Below are positions 50,727-60,408 of a stretch of 64,000 nucleotides of DNA, piece after piece (position 1 is the stretch's first letter; every line of letters begins with the position of its first letter). Source of the DNA: Runella sp. (GTDB taxonomy: Bacteria; Bacteroidota; Bacteroidia; Cytophagales; Spirosomataceae); the NCBI RefSeq assembly GCF_027484545.1, contig NZ_JAIXST010000034.1, positions 1,211 to 65,210 of the forward strand, in the 5' to 3' direction. The translations under genes were made by a program, and so were the position numbers. The notes under the pieces were generated by a model. It was not told where the DNA came from. It did not search any database and was given only the letters and a program-made list of their open reading frames with translations.

Positions 50727-52232
50727 TTATTTGAAAACGTAGGTGCTGTATTTGCCCGTTCCCATCACTTTGCGAAGACCTAACCTAAATCCCAAATTTT
50801 GGGTATAGAGTTGGCCATTATCATTGGCAATTGCCGCCGTCCATTCAAAGCCGTTTAAGGCAGGGATTCGCCCTCTCAATTGGAATAAACCTGAAAACTG
50901 TTTCGCAATGATTGAATAAGCATAAACATAAGTACCATAATTAGCACTGTACGAAAGTTTGGATAAAAAATGAATATTGGCACCAAGGTATCCTTCAAAA
51001 CCTGCGTGAAAAACTAGAACACGGTTATTGTTCGCGATGTCGTTTGTGTTTTGAATCTCGGGTCTATTGGTATCATCTTGATTGGTTATAAAAGGAGTTC
51101 CAATAATCCGTCTTCGATACGACCAACCATCATAGTATTGTTGATGATTGAAATACTCATCTTTTCCACGCCTTTTGTTATCGCCAATGATAAAAACAGT
51201 TCCGCCTTGATTTCGGGTATTTAATAGTTCAAAAACTACTTTTTTTATGCTCAGCTTCCCTTTTTCTCGATTTGGAAATAAATTAGTGAGAACAATTCCG
51301 TTAAGACCATCCGCTATACTTGTCAGGTAAAATAAGGAGCCATCTTCATAAATATTTTGGCGATATAATAAGAGGTTGTATTTCTTTAGGTCTAATTCCA
51401 ATCCTAAATCAACAGTTCCCAAGTGATTGCCAATGCGGTTGGTGGAATCAAAATTATTGGTTCCCCGCCTTTTCAGACCAATATTGGCACCAAACGCAAT
51501 AACTGTTTCCAAATAAGCACCAAATGAACTCGGGAAGGTGCGGTTGGTAACGGTGGCGATATCTTGAGTGGTTTTTCCTCCCCATTGTACTTGGTGATTA
51601 AACCCTCCATACAGTTTAATAATTGAGCTTTTACGCCCTAAGCGTACATAAAGGGATTTTTGGTGTAGGTAATAGCCATAGGCAAATTCGCTTGTTCCAA
51701 ACCACCCGTGTGCATAGTTGCCCTTAAATCCAAACCAAGGGTTTTTCTTACCAACGGGCACATAATCTGATAGTTCGATTTGAATCTTGGGAATGGGAAG
51801 CGCATTGCCGGACCATATATAGGAGCCGCTCGTCAGTGTACTGTCTGCAAGCCCGAACAATTCTTTTTTACGACCCACATAAAATAGAAGTTGGCCACGA
51901 CGAACGCCTGCGTAGAGTTGCGGAAGGTAAACGTTGTTTTTTCTGTCATCCAATACATTGCCAACTATCTGGGCACTACTCACGAATTTCCATTTCATCG
52001 ACAAAGCAGTTTCATAATCTATCGTTCCACTTAATGAAATGGCCGTTTTTTGAGGTATCACGTCGTATTGGTTGGCTCGGAACCAAAAAGGCATTTGAGA
52101 GTTTGTTCCGTAAAAATTGGCTGTAACATCGCCTCTGAATGACCGTTTGGAGGTACTGTCCTGTGCGTAGATCTCTAACATAAAAATGTTAGTCACAGCA
52201 AAGTAATACAGGAGGGCTTGAAGCTTTTTCAA
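50727..52232 (-). CDS. Capsule assembly Wzi family outer-membrane protein
   Basis: PFWFRANQY, SGSYIWSGNALPIPK, HQKSLY, FNHQVQWGG, GNHLG, YRQNIYEDGS, YFNHQQYYDGW. Confidence 0.85.
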   Translation of the reverse strand: MKKLQALLYYFAVTNIFMLEIYAQDSTSKRSFRGDVTANFYGTNSQMPFWFRANQYDVIPQKTAISLSGTIDYETALSMKWKFVSSAQIVGNVLDDRKNNVYLPQLYAGVRRGQLLFYVGRKKELFGLADSTLTSGSYIWSGNALPIPKIQIELSDYVPVGKKNPWFGFKGNYAHGWFGTSEFAYGYYLHQKSLYVRLGRKSSIIKLYGGFNHQVQWGGKTTQDIATVTNRTFPSSFGAYLETVIAFGANIGLKRRGTNNFDSTNRIGNHLGTVDLGLELDLKKYNLLLYRQNIYEDGSLFYLTSIADGLNGIVLTNLFPNREKGKLSIKKVVFELLNTRNQGGTVFIIGDNKRRGKDEYFNHQQYYDGWSYRRRIIGTPFITNQDDTNRPEIQNTNDIANNNRVLVFHAGFEGYLGANIHFLSKLSYSANYGTYVYAYSIIAKQFSGLFQLRGRIPALNGFEWTAAIANDNGQLYTQNLGFRLGLRKVMGTGKYSTYVFK

Positions 52233-52296
52233 TGAGTAAAGATGATTACAAAAATAGACATTAATGCCTGCGAGAAATACAGGGGAAGCAAAATTA

Positions 52297-53757
52297 TTAA
52301 AAAAATCCTCTTTTCCGAAGCCCTATTTGTATTCCCATTGATGGATCATAAAGTGTTCCTACATCAAAAGCCAATGAAGTAGACCAATCTATTCCGCCCA
52401 ACCATCGAAGTTCTTTGTGAAACTGTATAAGGCTTGAAAGTTGATTTTGCCTGCGTGGATAAGGATAATCATACAATCCATCATTGACACTAAAGGAGGT
52501 TTTGAGAAGCCACTGCCAATCATCCAACCAACCATTGGCAGCCAAATGAATCATTTGAACACGATTATTATTAGTAATCATATTTTTAATAGGCTGTAAT
52601 GTTTTTTTTACGTCGGCTTGTGCAGGGATAAACGGAGTACCAATGATTTGTCCTTTGTATGACCAGCCCTGGCTATATACATAATGATTAAAGTAATTGT
52701 CCCGTCCAAAAATTTGCTGTTGAAAGTCAAATACTGCCCCACCCTGATTGGTCGTGTTTAACCACTCTACTACGACTTTTTTGAGCGTAATGGTATGCGT
52801 AAAATCCTGTGATAGACGGTTTGTAAATACAACACCTTGTAGTCCATCCTGAATATTGAGAAATTTATATAGTGAACCATCATCAAAAATATTTTGACGG
52901 TAGAAAAACAGGGATTTGCCTGCTTCCAACTGCCAATTTAGACCTAAGTCAATGGTTCCCAAATGATTTCCAACTCTGCTGTCTTCCCAAGGTTTGCCAA
53001 ATACGACGGCCCACCAAGCTTCTTTTGGAGGCAGACCATTCGGCCAAATTTGATCTTCGCCTCCCCATTGTGCCTGATGGTTGAATCCCGCAGTAACGTT
53101 TATTTTCCAATTAGGCTTCCCAATTTTTAGGTAAAATGTTTTCTGGTGCAAATATCCCTCCACAGCCTTCACACCGCGACCACCGTAGGCCACCGCTAAT
53201 GTATCTAACCAACCATGGGCAAAAGTGCCTTTAAATGAAATAAGACCTTTGGTAAAAGGAAAAGAAATATAGTTTGGAATCGAAAATTGAACTTTGGTGA
53301 TTGGGAGGGAATTACCTGACCACGCATAAGAACCCGATGACAATAAAGTATCACCCAAAAGCCCTGTAATCTCACGCCGTCGTCCTAAATACAACTCAAA
53401 AGGTCCGTACCTTACTGCTGCATGGGCCTCTACAAGGTGTGGTTTGGCTGCTGAAGTACTGATAACTACGGGGAGGTCTAAGCCATAAATCAGTCGCAAT
53501 TGACTCCAATTAGTATTAATAGTATCGCTTTTTAAATTACTGAAAGCAACTCTTGGAATGAAAGAGGGAGTAGTTTTAGGGATAATTCCATATTGGTTGG
53601 CATATAACCAAAAAGGGATTCGAGAGGAAGAAGTGGAGCCGTATCCCGAAATTGAAATGTCATAATCTCCCCTTGGAAGGGAAACAAATTGCGCTCTTAA
53701 AGCAAGACGGACAACTATCAACAATAAAAAAAGGGATAAACTGCGCTTGATTCTCAT
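52297..53757 (-). CDS. Capsule assembly Wzi family outer-membrane protein (paralog)
   Basis: PFWLYANQYG, SGSYAWSGNSLP, HQKTFY, FNHQAQWGG, GNHLG, YRQNIFDDGS, YFNHYVY. Confidence 0.85.
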   Translation of the reverse strand: MRIKRSLSLFLLLIVVRLALRAQFVSLPRGDYDISISGYGSTSSSRIPFWLYANQYGIIPKTTPSFIPRVAFSNLKSDTINTNWSQLRLIYGLDLPVVISTSAAKPHLVEAHAAVRYGPFELYLGRRREITGLLGDTLLSSGSYAWSGNSLPITKVQFSIPNYISFPFTKGLISFKGTFAHGWLDTLAVAYGGRGVKAVEGYLHQKTFYLKIGKPNWKINVTAGFNHQAQWGGEDQIWPNGLPPKEAWWAVVFGKPWEDSRVGNHLGTIDLGLNWQLEAGKSLFFYRQNIFDDGSLYKFLNIQDGLQGVVFTNRLSQDFTHTITLKKVVVEWLNTTNQGGAVFDFQQQIFGRDNYFNHYVYSQGWSYKGQIIGTPFIPAQADVKKTLQPIKNMITNNNRVQMIHLAANGWLDDWQWLLKTSFSVNDGLYDYPYPRRQNQLSSLIQFHKELRWLGGIDWSTSLAFDVGTLYDPSMGIQIGLRKRGFF

Positions 53758-53778
53758 GTAGGTAGTACAGCAATTATA

Positions 53779-54831
53779 TCATCTTCCAAGTCCTGCCAGT
53801 ACTACTCGAATGGTACTCAAGATAATTTTGAAATCAAACCAAAAAGATTGATGCTTAATATAATACATGTCATACATGTGTTTCCACATACCATCTTCAA
53901 TAGAGGCTCCGTAAGGATATTTAACCTGAGCCCAGCCCGTTAGCCCGGGTTTAATCACGTGCCTGAATTCATAGTAGGGAATGGCAGTTTTAAGCATTTC
54001 AATAAACACAGCTCTTTCGGGACGCGGACCTATCAAAGACATTTCGCCTCGAATGATATTGAATAATTGAGGTATTTCATCAATCCGTGTTTTACGAATA
54101 AAATTACCGACTTTAGTGGCACGAGGGTCATTTTTCTGTGCCCACTGAGCGCCATTTGCCTCTGCATTGGCGGTCATCGACCGAAATTTAATTACTTCAA
54201 ACTCAATATTATATAATCCCAGTCTTTTTTGACGATAAAACAGCGAGCCTTTTGATTCAAGCTTAATGGCAATAGCAGTAATAAGCATAACCGGAGAAAG
54301 TAATACCAACAGTTGAGTGGCATAAATAATATCAAAAAAACGCTTGGTGGCAATTTTTGTGCGGTTGCGAAGTACTGAAAAAGCCTCTTTATTAAGGAAA
54401 TAGTCCCCATTTAAAAGACTGACTTCTGTATAGCGATTTTTTGACTCTAAAAAATCAACCAATGGCATTACGTTTACTCCATACTCAATATTCTTTACTA
54501 AGAACTCCCTTTCACTATCATCTATATAAGCAGCATTGTAATAAGTAATGGTCTCTTGTCGTTTAAAAAGCTGCTCACATTTATTAAAATGAGGTACATA
54601 AGGGTATTTTTTTAGTACTTCAGTAATGAGTGTAATACTGGATTCTGGACAGAAAATATAAATGGGAGTTAATGGAAAATCAGGAGTTGAGAAAGGTACT
54701 TGTGTTTTGTCAAGGAGAGGGGAAGTAGGATATTTGATAGAATCTTCTACTAAAGTATATTCGACAATAGCAGAAATATTTCCTGATGTAAGGTCATTCA
54801 TACTGTACTTTTTTAAGAAAAAGTCTTTCAT
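53779..54831 (-). CDS. Priming sugar transferase (polyprenyl glycosylphosphotransferase family)
   Basis: KRFFDI, KFRSM, TRIDEIPQLFNI, GEMSLIGPRPER, KPGLTGWAQV; start 54831 or 54801 because a -7 element (TATCTTTG) covers 54871-54878. Confidence 0.9.
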   Translation of the reverse strand: MKDFFLKKYSMNDLTSGNISAIVEYTLVEDSIKYPTSPLLDKTQVPFSTPDFPLTPIYIFCPESSITLITEVLKKYPYVPHFNKCEQLFKRQETITYYNAAYIDDSEREFLVKNIEYGVNVMPLVDFLESKNRYTEVSLLNGDYFLNKEAFSVLRNRTKIATKRFFDIIYATQLLVLLSPVMLITAIAIKLESKGSLFYRQKRLGLYNIEFEVIKFRSMTANAEANGAQWAQKNDPRATKVGNFIRKTRIDEIPQLFNIIRGEMSLIGPRPERAVFIEMLKTAIPYYEFRHVIKPGLTGWAQVKYPYGASIEDGMWKHMYDMYYIKHQSFWFDFKIILSTIRVVLAGLGR

Positions 54832-55032
54832 ATTTGAAAAAACAAGACTGTTTTGCAAAAAGATGAAATTCAAAGATAAATGTCATTTTTGTAAAATCCA
54901 AAGAATTGAAGTACCTTTAAATAACTTTATGATCTTTAGCAATTCCCTAAAATTCATTCTGGCGAATAAAATTTTTTAAAATTTGTTAGAGTGAGTCAGC
55001 ACCATTACTTTTGTAAAAAACGGATATTTTGA

Positions 55033-55605
55033 ATGAATACCACTACTCTTGTTAAGTCTGCCCAAATAGCCGGTGTTCAATTGCACCAAGTGAGATTGCA
55101 GTCACTGAATGAGCACAAAGATTATAGAGGGTCATTTACGGAAATTTTTCAGGATAATTGGGGCACAGTACTTAAGCCTGTTCAGTGGAGCTTAGTTAGG
55201 TCTGAAGCGAATGTTTTTCGCGGAATGCACTTTCATCAACGCCACGATGAGTATTTCTGTTTGATTGAAGGACACTGTGTATTGGGATTACGTGACTTAC
55301 GCCCCGGATCTCCTACTCAACATCAATCGGCTTTGTTTGAACTTTTTGGAGAAGATCCTGCCGCCTTGATTTTTCCGTTAGGAATGATACACGGATGGTA
55401 CTTTCATACACCATCAATTCATATACAATCAGTTTCAGAAGCATATATAGATTACGGTCCAGATGATAATTGGCGTTGTCGTTGGGATGATCCGGAACTG
55501 GAACTGCCTTGGGGAATTGAAAATCCTATCCTGACAGATTTGGCCGCTACTGCCCCTTCTTTGCGTAGTCTAATCGCCGCTTTAGAGAGTAAAGGGCATA
55601 TGTAA
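55033..55605 (+). CDS. dTDP-4-dehydrorhamnose 3,5-epimerase family (RmlC-like cupin)
   Basis: DYRGSFTE, FRGMHFH, DLRPGSPT, GMIHGW, WDDPEL; own -7 element TACTTTTG at 55006-55013. Confidence 0.82.
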   Translation: MNTTTLVKSAQIAGVQLHQVRLQSLNEHKDYRGSFTEIFQDNWGTVLKPVQWSLVRSEANVFRGMHFHQRHDEYFCLIEGHCVLGLRDLRPGSPTQHQSALFELFGEDPAALIFPLGMIHGWYFHTPSIHIQSVSEAYIDYGPDDNWRCRWDDPELELPWGIENPILTDLAATAPSLRSLIAALESKGHM

Positions 55606-56407
55606 GCTTTACGCGCAAAAAAGGAATAAGTTCTGCCCATGTTTTTCCTTTAATTCTGATCCAATCATTTTGGAGAGCAGCCCGTTCGTCCAATAATGCC
55701 TGTAAAGCCTCCCGAGTAGCGGCTTTTAGAAATTCATTGTCTGTCAATTTAGCTTCCCAGCTTGTTAATTCATCTACCCGTTCATGAGTTGGAATTCCGG
55801 GGTAGGTTGCTCCCCGCTTAAAATACAGCAGCGTTGCTTCTCCGCTAAAATACGGTTGATAGGAAGGATGAGCCATGAATTGTGCCCACATATAGTCGTC
55901 CGTAAAAATGTCGGGAGGAGTAGTCCGCCATCCAAATGGTAAATTTTTGTAGAATTCATACGTATGGGCTACGGCCGAAAATACAAAATGCTGGCTGGCG
56001 TGAGAATACCCATAGCGAATATCGCCCGTTTGCAGAGGCTTGAAATAATTGGACGATACAAAATTTCCCTTTTCAAATAAGCGCAAAAGATTTTCAAGGT
56101 GATTGGGCAACCACAAATCGCGATCTAAAAGATAAGCGACAAATTGCCCTTTCGCTTCGTTAGTCAATACTTGGTGCCGATTAGGCTCTCCCCGCCTGAT
56201 ATGTTTTGGGAAATCAAAAAATTTTATTCTTTTGTCTTTTTCCAGAAGCTGATGGATAACTCCTCTCGTATATTCATTTACTCCATCACCAATGATAAGT
56301 AATTCAAAATCGGCAATTGTTTGTTTGAGTACACTCCCTACCGAATAAGGCAACAATAAACCTCGATCGTTCGTAGTAGGCAATAAAATTGTAAATCGAG
56401 GATTCAT
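55547..56407 (-). CDS. Glycosyltransferase family 2
   Basis: SVGSVLKQT, ELLIIGDG, AYLLDRDLWLPNHL. Confidence 0.8.
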   Translation of the reverse strand: MNPRFTILLPTTNDRGLLLPYSVGSVLKQTIADFELLIIGDGVNEYTRGVIHQLLEKDKRIKFFDFPKHIRRGEPNRHQVLTNEAKGQFVAYLLDRDLWLPNHLENLLRLFEKGNFVSSNYFKPLQTGDIRYGYSHASQHFVFSAVAHTYEFYKNLPFGWRTTPPDIFTDDYMWAQFMAHPSYQPYFSGEATLLYFKRGATYPGIPTHERVDELTSWEAKLTDNEFLKAATREALQALLDERAALQNDWIRIKGKTWAELIPFLRVKLTYALYSLKRRLDYAKKGQ

Positions 56408-56423
56408 CCGTAACTTTTATTTT

Positions 56424-56473
56424 ACCTCTCTCCAACATGGAGAGGGCCGCCCGTGCGGAGGGGCAGGGGTGAG
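56424..56473. repeat. REP-like C/G-rich hairpin element containing copy 3 of GGGCCGCCCGTGCGG (56444-56458)
   Basis: CCTCTCTCC-AACAT-GGAGAGGG hairpin, the motif, then AGGGGCAGGGGTGAGG. Confidence 0.7.
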
Positions 56474-56513
56474 GTTTTTATTTCCTTCCTTTCCAAAATG
56501 CAGATGGGGCAGG

Positions 56514-57416
56514 TTATTTTGCCATTTCATGAAGTTGTGACAATAGGTCAATCGTATAAAGTCCTTCCTGAAAGCTTGAAATAGGAGTGGGCCCTCCATT
56601 TAAGAAATCTACAAAGGCCATCATTTCCCGTTTCAAAGGAGGGGTTGAATCAAAATAAAGCCTTTCTTGTCGAATAGGAGAGGGATAAGAGTGGTCATCG
56701 CCATAGAAAATATCAATATAATCTACTTTTTCGTCTGCCAGGACGGCAATTCCCTTTGTGCCGTGTAATCTTACCTCTCTTCGTTTGGTAACAGAGCGGT
56801 TGGAAACTTCAATTTGAATAAAGGGATTGTCGCCCAATAAAGCTGTCATTCCGCGAGCGATTCCATTGTGCCATTCGATAGACACAGCTTTTGGCGTAGG
56901 GATGGCTCCCAAAATTTCAATAGCAATAGTAAGATCATGAGGCGCTAAGTTCCAAACGCTGTCGGTGTCGGTTCGCGGACTTGTCCAGTTACAGCGACTT
57001 GTATAAAGTGCAGTAATAGAGCCTATTTTCTGAGTTCGTGCAATTTCTCCTAAAAGTTGGATTCCTGCATGGTAGCGCCAAATATGCATCATAAATAGAT
57101 GATCATGAGCAATTTGCTGTAATGCTTTCGCATCCTCAAGGGAAGTAGTTAGAGGTTTCTCAACAAAAATGGGTAAATTCCAAGGAATGATTTGCTCTAA
57201 AACCGGACGATGGGTTGCCGAAGGGGAAGCAAGGATAATACCGTCTGTCGATTTAAGCTCATCTAATGAATTTGCTGAAAATTGAGGATATGTATCTGCT
57301 AATTCAGTTTTTATGATAGGATGAGGGTCAAACACCTTCGCATCTATATTCAATGAGATGAGCTCTCGTAAAATGGTTTTTCCCCATATCCCACAACCGA
57401 TAAGCCCAATAGTCAT
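56514..57416 (-). CDS. Gfo/Idh/MocA family oxidoreductase
   Basis: IGLIGCGIWG, ASPSATH, FVEKP, WNLAPHD; TAATG-coupled to the upstream gene. Confidence 0.9.
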   Translation of the reverse strand: MTIGLIGCGIWGKTILRELISLNIDAKVFDPHPIIKTELADTYPQFSANSLDELKSTDGIILASPSATHRPVLEQIIPWNLPIFVEKPLTTSLEDAKALQQIAHDHLFMMHIWRYHAGIQLLGEIARTQKIGSITALYTSRCNWTSPRTDTDSVWNLAPHDLTIAIEILGAIPTPKAVSIEWHNGIARGMTALLGDNPFIQIEVSNRSVTKRREVRLHGTKGIAVLADEKVDYIDIFYGDDHSYPSPIRQERLYFDSTPPLKREMMAFVDFLNGGPTPISSFQEGLYTIDLLSQLHEMAK

Positions 57417-58786
57417 TATTTTCCCTGTTTTTTTATCATGATGACCATCGTCTTCATAATCAACCACATATCAAAGAAAAAGGAGATTTTATTCAAATAA
57501 AGTAAATCATATTTGAGTCGTTTTTTTATCTCCTCGGGAGAGCCTGCATACCCAAATTTTACTTGACCCACGGAGGTAATACCGGGCCTGAAAGCTAAGA
57601 TTAACTTAAAATCATCCGTGGATTCCTCCATAAGCGTTTTAACATCATAATCTGCCAGAGGACGAGGTCCTACTACCGACATATCTCCTTTCAATACATT
57701 ATAAAATTGAGGAAGTTCATCAAGCCGGGTTTTTCGCAAAAATCGGCCCCAAGGAGTAATTCTTTTGTCCAAGATACCTTCTGAATGACCTAAGCTTGCT
57801 CCAACGTACATACTTCTAAACTTATAAATCTTAAACTTTTTGCCCCATTGTCCTGTTCGATCTTGCGAGAAAATAATAGGCCCTTGGGAGGTAAGCTTGG
57901 TAATTAAGCCCAATAAAATAAAAACAGGCGAGCCAAATAAAAGAACACCAGAAGAAAAGACCATATCAAATAATCTTTTTAAAATATGTTCACGTGTATG
58001 GTCTAAAAATTCAGTTGAAAGTGAAATGACAGGGGTTAAACCATGAAATTCCAGCGAAGGTGCCTGACTGAAAAAGAAGGTAAAATCGACAACCAATTTA
58101 ACCTGATAAAGGGATTGGTTTGACTGCTCTATTATATCTTTGAGAATAGGATGGTCAACTCTGGGAATGCAGCAATAAACACAGTCAATATGATTGTTTT
58201 GTAAAACCTGACGTAAAACTTGATAATCTCCCCGTAGAATAGATTTATTTTCTTTGGTCATTGTATCAAAAAAACCAAAGAATTGATAACCAAATTCAGG
58301 ATGTTGCTCGTAAAACCGTTTAATTTTCTGAGAGGTATCATTGTAGCCAACAATCACATAGTTAAGTGTATTATTACCATTGGCACGATGAATTTTCAGT
58401 AAAACCACCGCCATTGTTCGCCAACCGCTGCCGATTATCCAAAAAGCTAAAGAAGAATAAAATAATTGTAATCGTGAAAGACGCAAATCCTGAAATAGAA
58501 ACCATAGAAAAATGCCAAAAGCAGCCAAAAGTAAGACGGCCATTAGATGACGATAAATCAGTTCGTAAACGTGAAATTTAATGCGTGAGTGTTTATAAGG
58601 GCGCAGCAATAACACCACCAAAAGCCATGTGAGACTGAGCAAGCCTAAAAAAGATACTTCATTTATGCTAAAAGAGGCACCCCAACCTTTTACCAGTTGA
58701 TGACTTATCCAAAACGACAAACTTAGAGAAATGACGTCACTAAGAAGCTGAAAAGGTACCAAGAGAAAAGGGTAACGATGTTTCAT
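57416..58786 (-). CDS. Undecaprenyl-phosphate glucose phosphotransferase-like priming transferase (WcaJ/GumD type)
   Basis: N-terminal TM helices, CoA-binding-like middle, LKRLFD, YKFRSM, TRLDELPQFYNVLKGDMSVVGPRP; own -7 element at 58873-58880. Confidence 0.88.
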   Translation of the reverse strand: MKHRYPFLLVPFQLLSDVISLSLSFWISHQLVKGWGASFSINEVSFLGLLSLTWLLVVLLLRPYKHSRIKFHVYELIYRHLMAVLLLAAFGIFLWFLFQDLRLSRLQLFYSSLAFWIIGSGWRTMAVVLLKIHRANGNNTLNYVIVGYNDTSQKIKRFYEQHPEFGYQFFGFFDTMTKENKSILRGDYQVLRQVLQNNHIDCVYCCIPRVDHPILKDIIEQSNQSLYQVKLVVDFTFFFSQAPSLEFHGLTPVISLSTEFLDHTREHILKRLFDMVFSSGVLLFGSPVFILLGLITKLTSQGPIIFSQDRTGQWGKKFKIYKFRSMYVGASLGHSEGILDKRITPWGRFLRKTRLDELPQFYNVLKGDMSVVGPRPLADYDVKTLMEESTDDFKLILAFRPGITSVGQVKFGYAGSPEEIKKRLKYDLLYLNKISFFFDMWLIMKTMVIMIKKQGK

Positions 58787-58896
58787 TCGCGTTGTGCTGG
58801 GATAAATGCAATTAGCCATCAACTATACCTATTTAGGTTAAAATAGGTTTTTCCTTGGACGACTACCTTGCACAAAAGTAACATATTCCACTTGAT

Positions 58897-59661
58897 TTAG
58901 AAAATCATAAGCGTTTCTCTTTTTACTGGGCTGTAAGATTTGTATTGAAGCATTATTTTGAGTAATCTAATACTTTTAATATACCTTCTTATATATAGAT
59001 TGGGATTAGATATACACCGGGCCAGCCAACCCATATAAATTTGATCCACCCAAGCGGGAATCGGAACTTGTTTTCCTGTTTTGAAGGCGATTGCGGCTCC
59101 TGTGCAGATAATCGCCGGCTTGTAGGATAAATGTGTTTTTAAATAAAGCCCCAATTTTTCCTGTACTCCCCCTCCTATGTTGATTAAAATCCAATGAGGT
59201 TTCAATACTTCCAACTTGGACAGTAATAAGCTGTCTTCGACTAATGAACCATAAAATGGAGCTGAAAAAAGATGTTCATTTTTCAAATAAATACCTTTTT
59301 TCTCTAAAAGCAGACGATTGCACTCTCCCTCTTCATCAGTAGGGTTCACTAAAAAAATATTTTTTTGTTTGACAACTTCAGCATTTCGTAAAAAACAATT
59401 AATAAACTTTAGTCCGGAGATTTTGTTGATTGAACCGTTCATCAGCCAGTTCCAAATCAACACCATAAAACCACTGTCAGGAATAACAATATCTGAGGCG
59501 CAAAGTGCCTCGTAATAAGCTTCATCCTCTAAAATATCAGCTAAATTAGGCCCCGCAGGAACAGTAAGCAAGCCACCATGGTGATGGAGGGAGGTAAACA
59601 CGTTATCTACCTTGCCATTAAAGAAAGAAATGCCAAGTATGCTGACTGTATCTAAGTTCAT
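58897..59661 (-). CDS. WecB/TagA/CpsF family glycosyltransferase
   Basis: DIVIPDSG, INIGGGVQEKL, GAAIAF, WLARCISNP. Confidence 0.88.
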   Translation of the reverse strand: MNLDTVSILGISFFNGKVDNVFTSLHHHGGLLTVPAGPNLADILEDEAYYEALCASDIVIPDSGFMVLIWNWLMNGSINKISGLKFINCFLRNAEVVKQKNIFLVNPTDEEGECNRLLLEKKGIYLKNEHLFSAPFYGSLVEDSLLLSKLEVLKPHWILINIGGGVQEKLGLYLKTHLSYKPAIICTGAAIAFKTGKQVPIPAWVDQIYMGWLARCISNPNLYIRRYIKSIRLLKIMLQYKSYSPVKRETLMIF

Positions 59662-60407
59662 TAATTTGAGTTAATTCTTTTATAAAGCATATCTAATTGT
59701 GGAATAGCCAAATTAGTGTCAGGTAAAGCGCCAATGGGCGCCACTAATTTAAAACCTTTTTCTTTTAGATAAGCATGCATCTCATCAAAAAGTGGCTCAT
59801 TGTCGTACATAGCTATAAAAGACGTCTCCAACAAAAGAAAATCAACTTGATTCAAAAAAAGAGTTGCTCCTTCTAACACACTTTTCTCAAAGCCCTGAAC
59901 ATCCAATTTAAGTAAGATAGGGGTTTGTAAAGGTTTTTCAAATTTGAAATCGTCCAGCCTTTGGCAATCTACTTCGATTTCTTTGTACGTTTTGGTCTTA
60001 GGCGTATTTGTTTTTTGATAATCACTTACTTTCAATGCAGAACTTGCGTGAGAATGGGCATTTTCAAAAAAAGAAATATTTCCGTTTTCAAGGCCTAAAG
60101 CCAAGTTGAAAACGGAAATACAAGGTAGGTCTTTTGTATTTTTTTGTAAAAGCTGAAAACATTTAGGAACTGGTTCAAAACTAAATATCTGTGAGTCTGG
60201 ATAGAACTGACGGATTGCGGTTGCAAATTGCCCAATGTTTGCACCTACATCAATAACAGTTTGAATAGTAGGGGCTATCTTAGAAAGTGCATGAGTAATC
60301 CCAAAAGAAGCAAGCGAGGCACTATTCCGACTTATATATTTTATACCTCCATTAGGATGAACTATAATAGTTAGAGTTGAAAGCAGTTGCTGTAGTCTTT
60401 TAAACAT
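59661..60407 (-). CDS. FkbM family methyltransferase
   Basis: IDVGANIGQF, FSFEP, LLKLDVQGFEKSVLEGA. Confidence 0.9.
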   Translation of the reverse strand: MFKRLQQLLSTLTIIVHPNGGIKYISRNSASLASFGITHALSKIAPTIQTVIDVGANIGQFATAIRQFYPDSQIFSFEPVPKCFQLLQKNTKDLPCISVFNLALGLENGNISFFENAHSHASSALKVSDYQKTNTPKTKTYKEIEVDCQRLDDFKFEKPLQTPILLKLDVQGFEKSVLEGATLFLNQVDFLLLETSFIAMYDNEPLFDEMHAYLKEKGFKLVAPIGALPDTNLAIPQLDMLYKRINSN

Positions 60408-60408
60408 T

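Noticed and set aside
58858-58872. CAAGGTAGTCGT on the minus strand resembling an ops/JUMPstart element upstream of the WcaJ-like gene
   Set aside because: Only a partial match to GGCGGTAG, and no NusG paralog in the window
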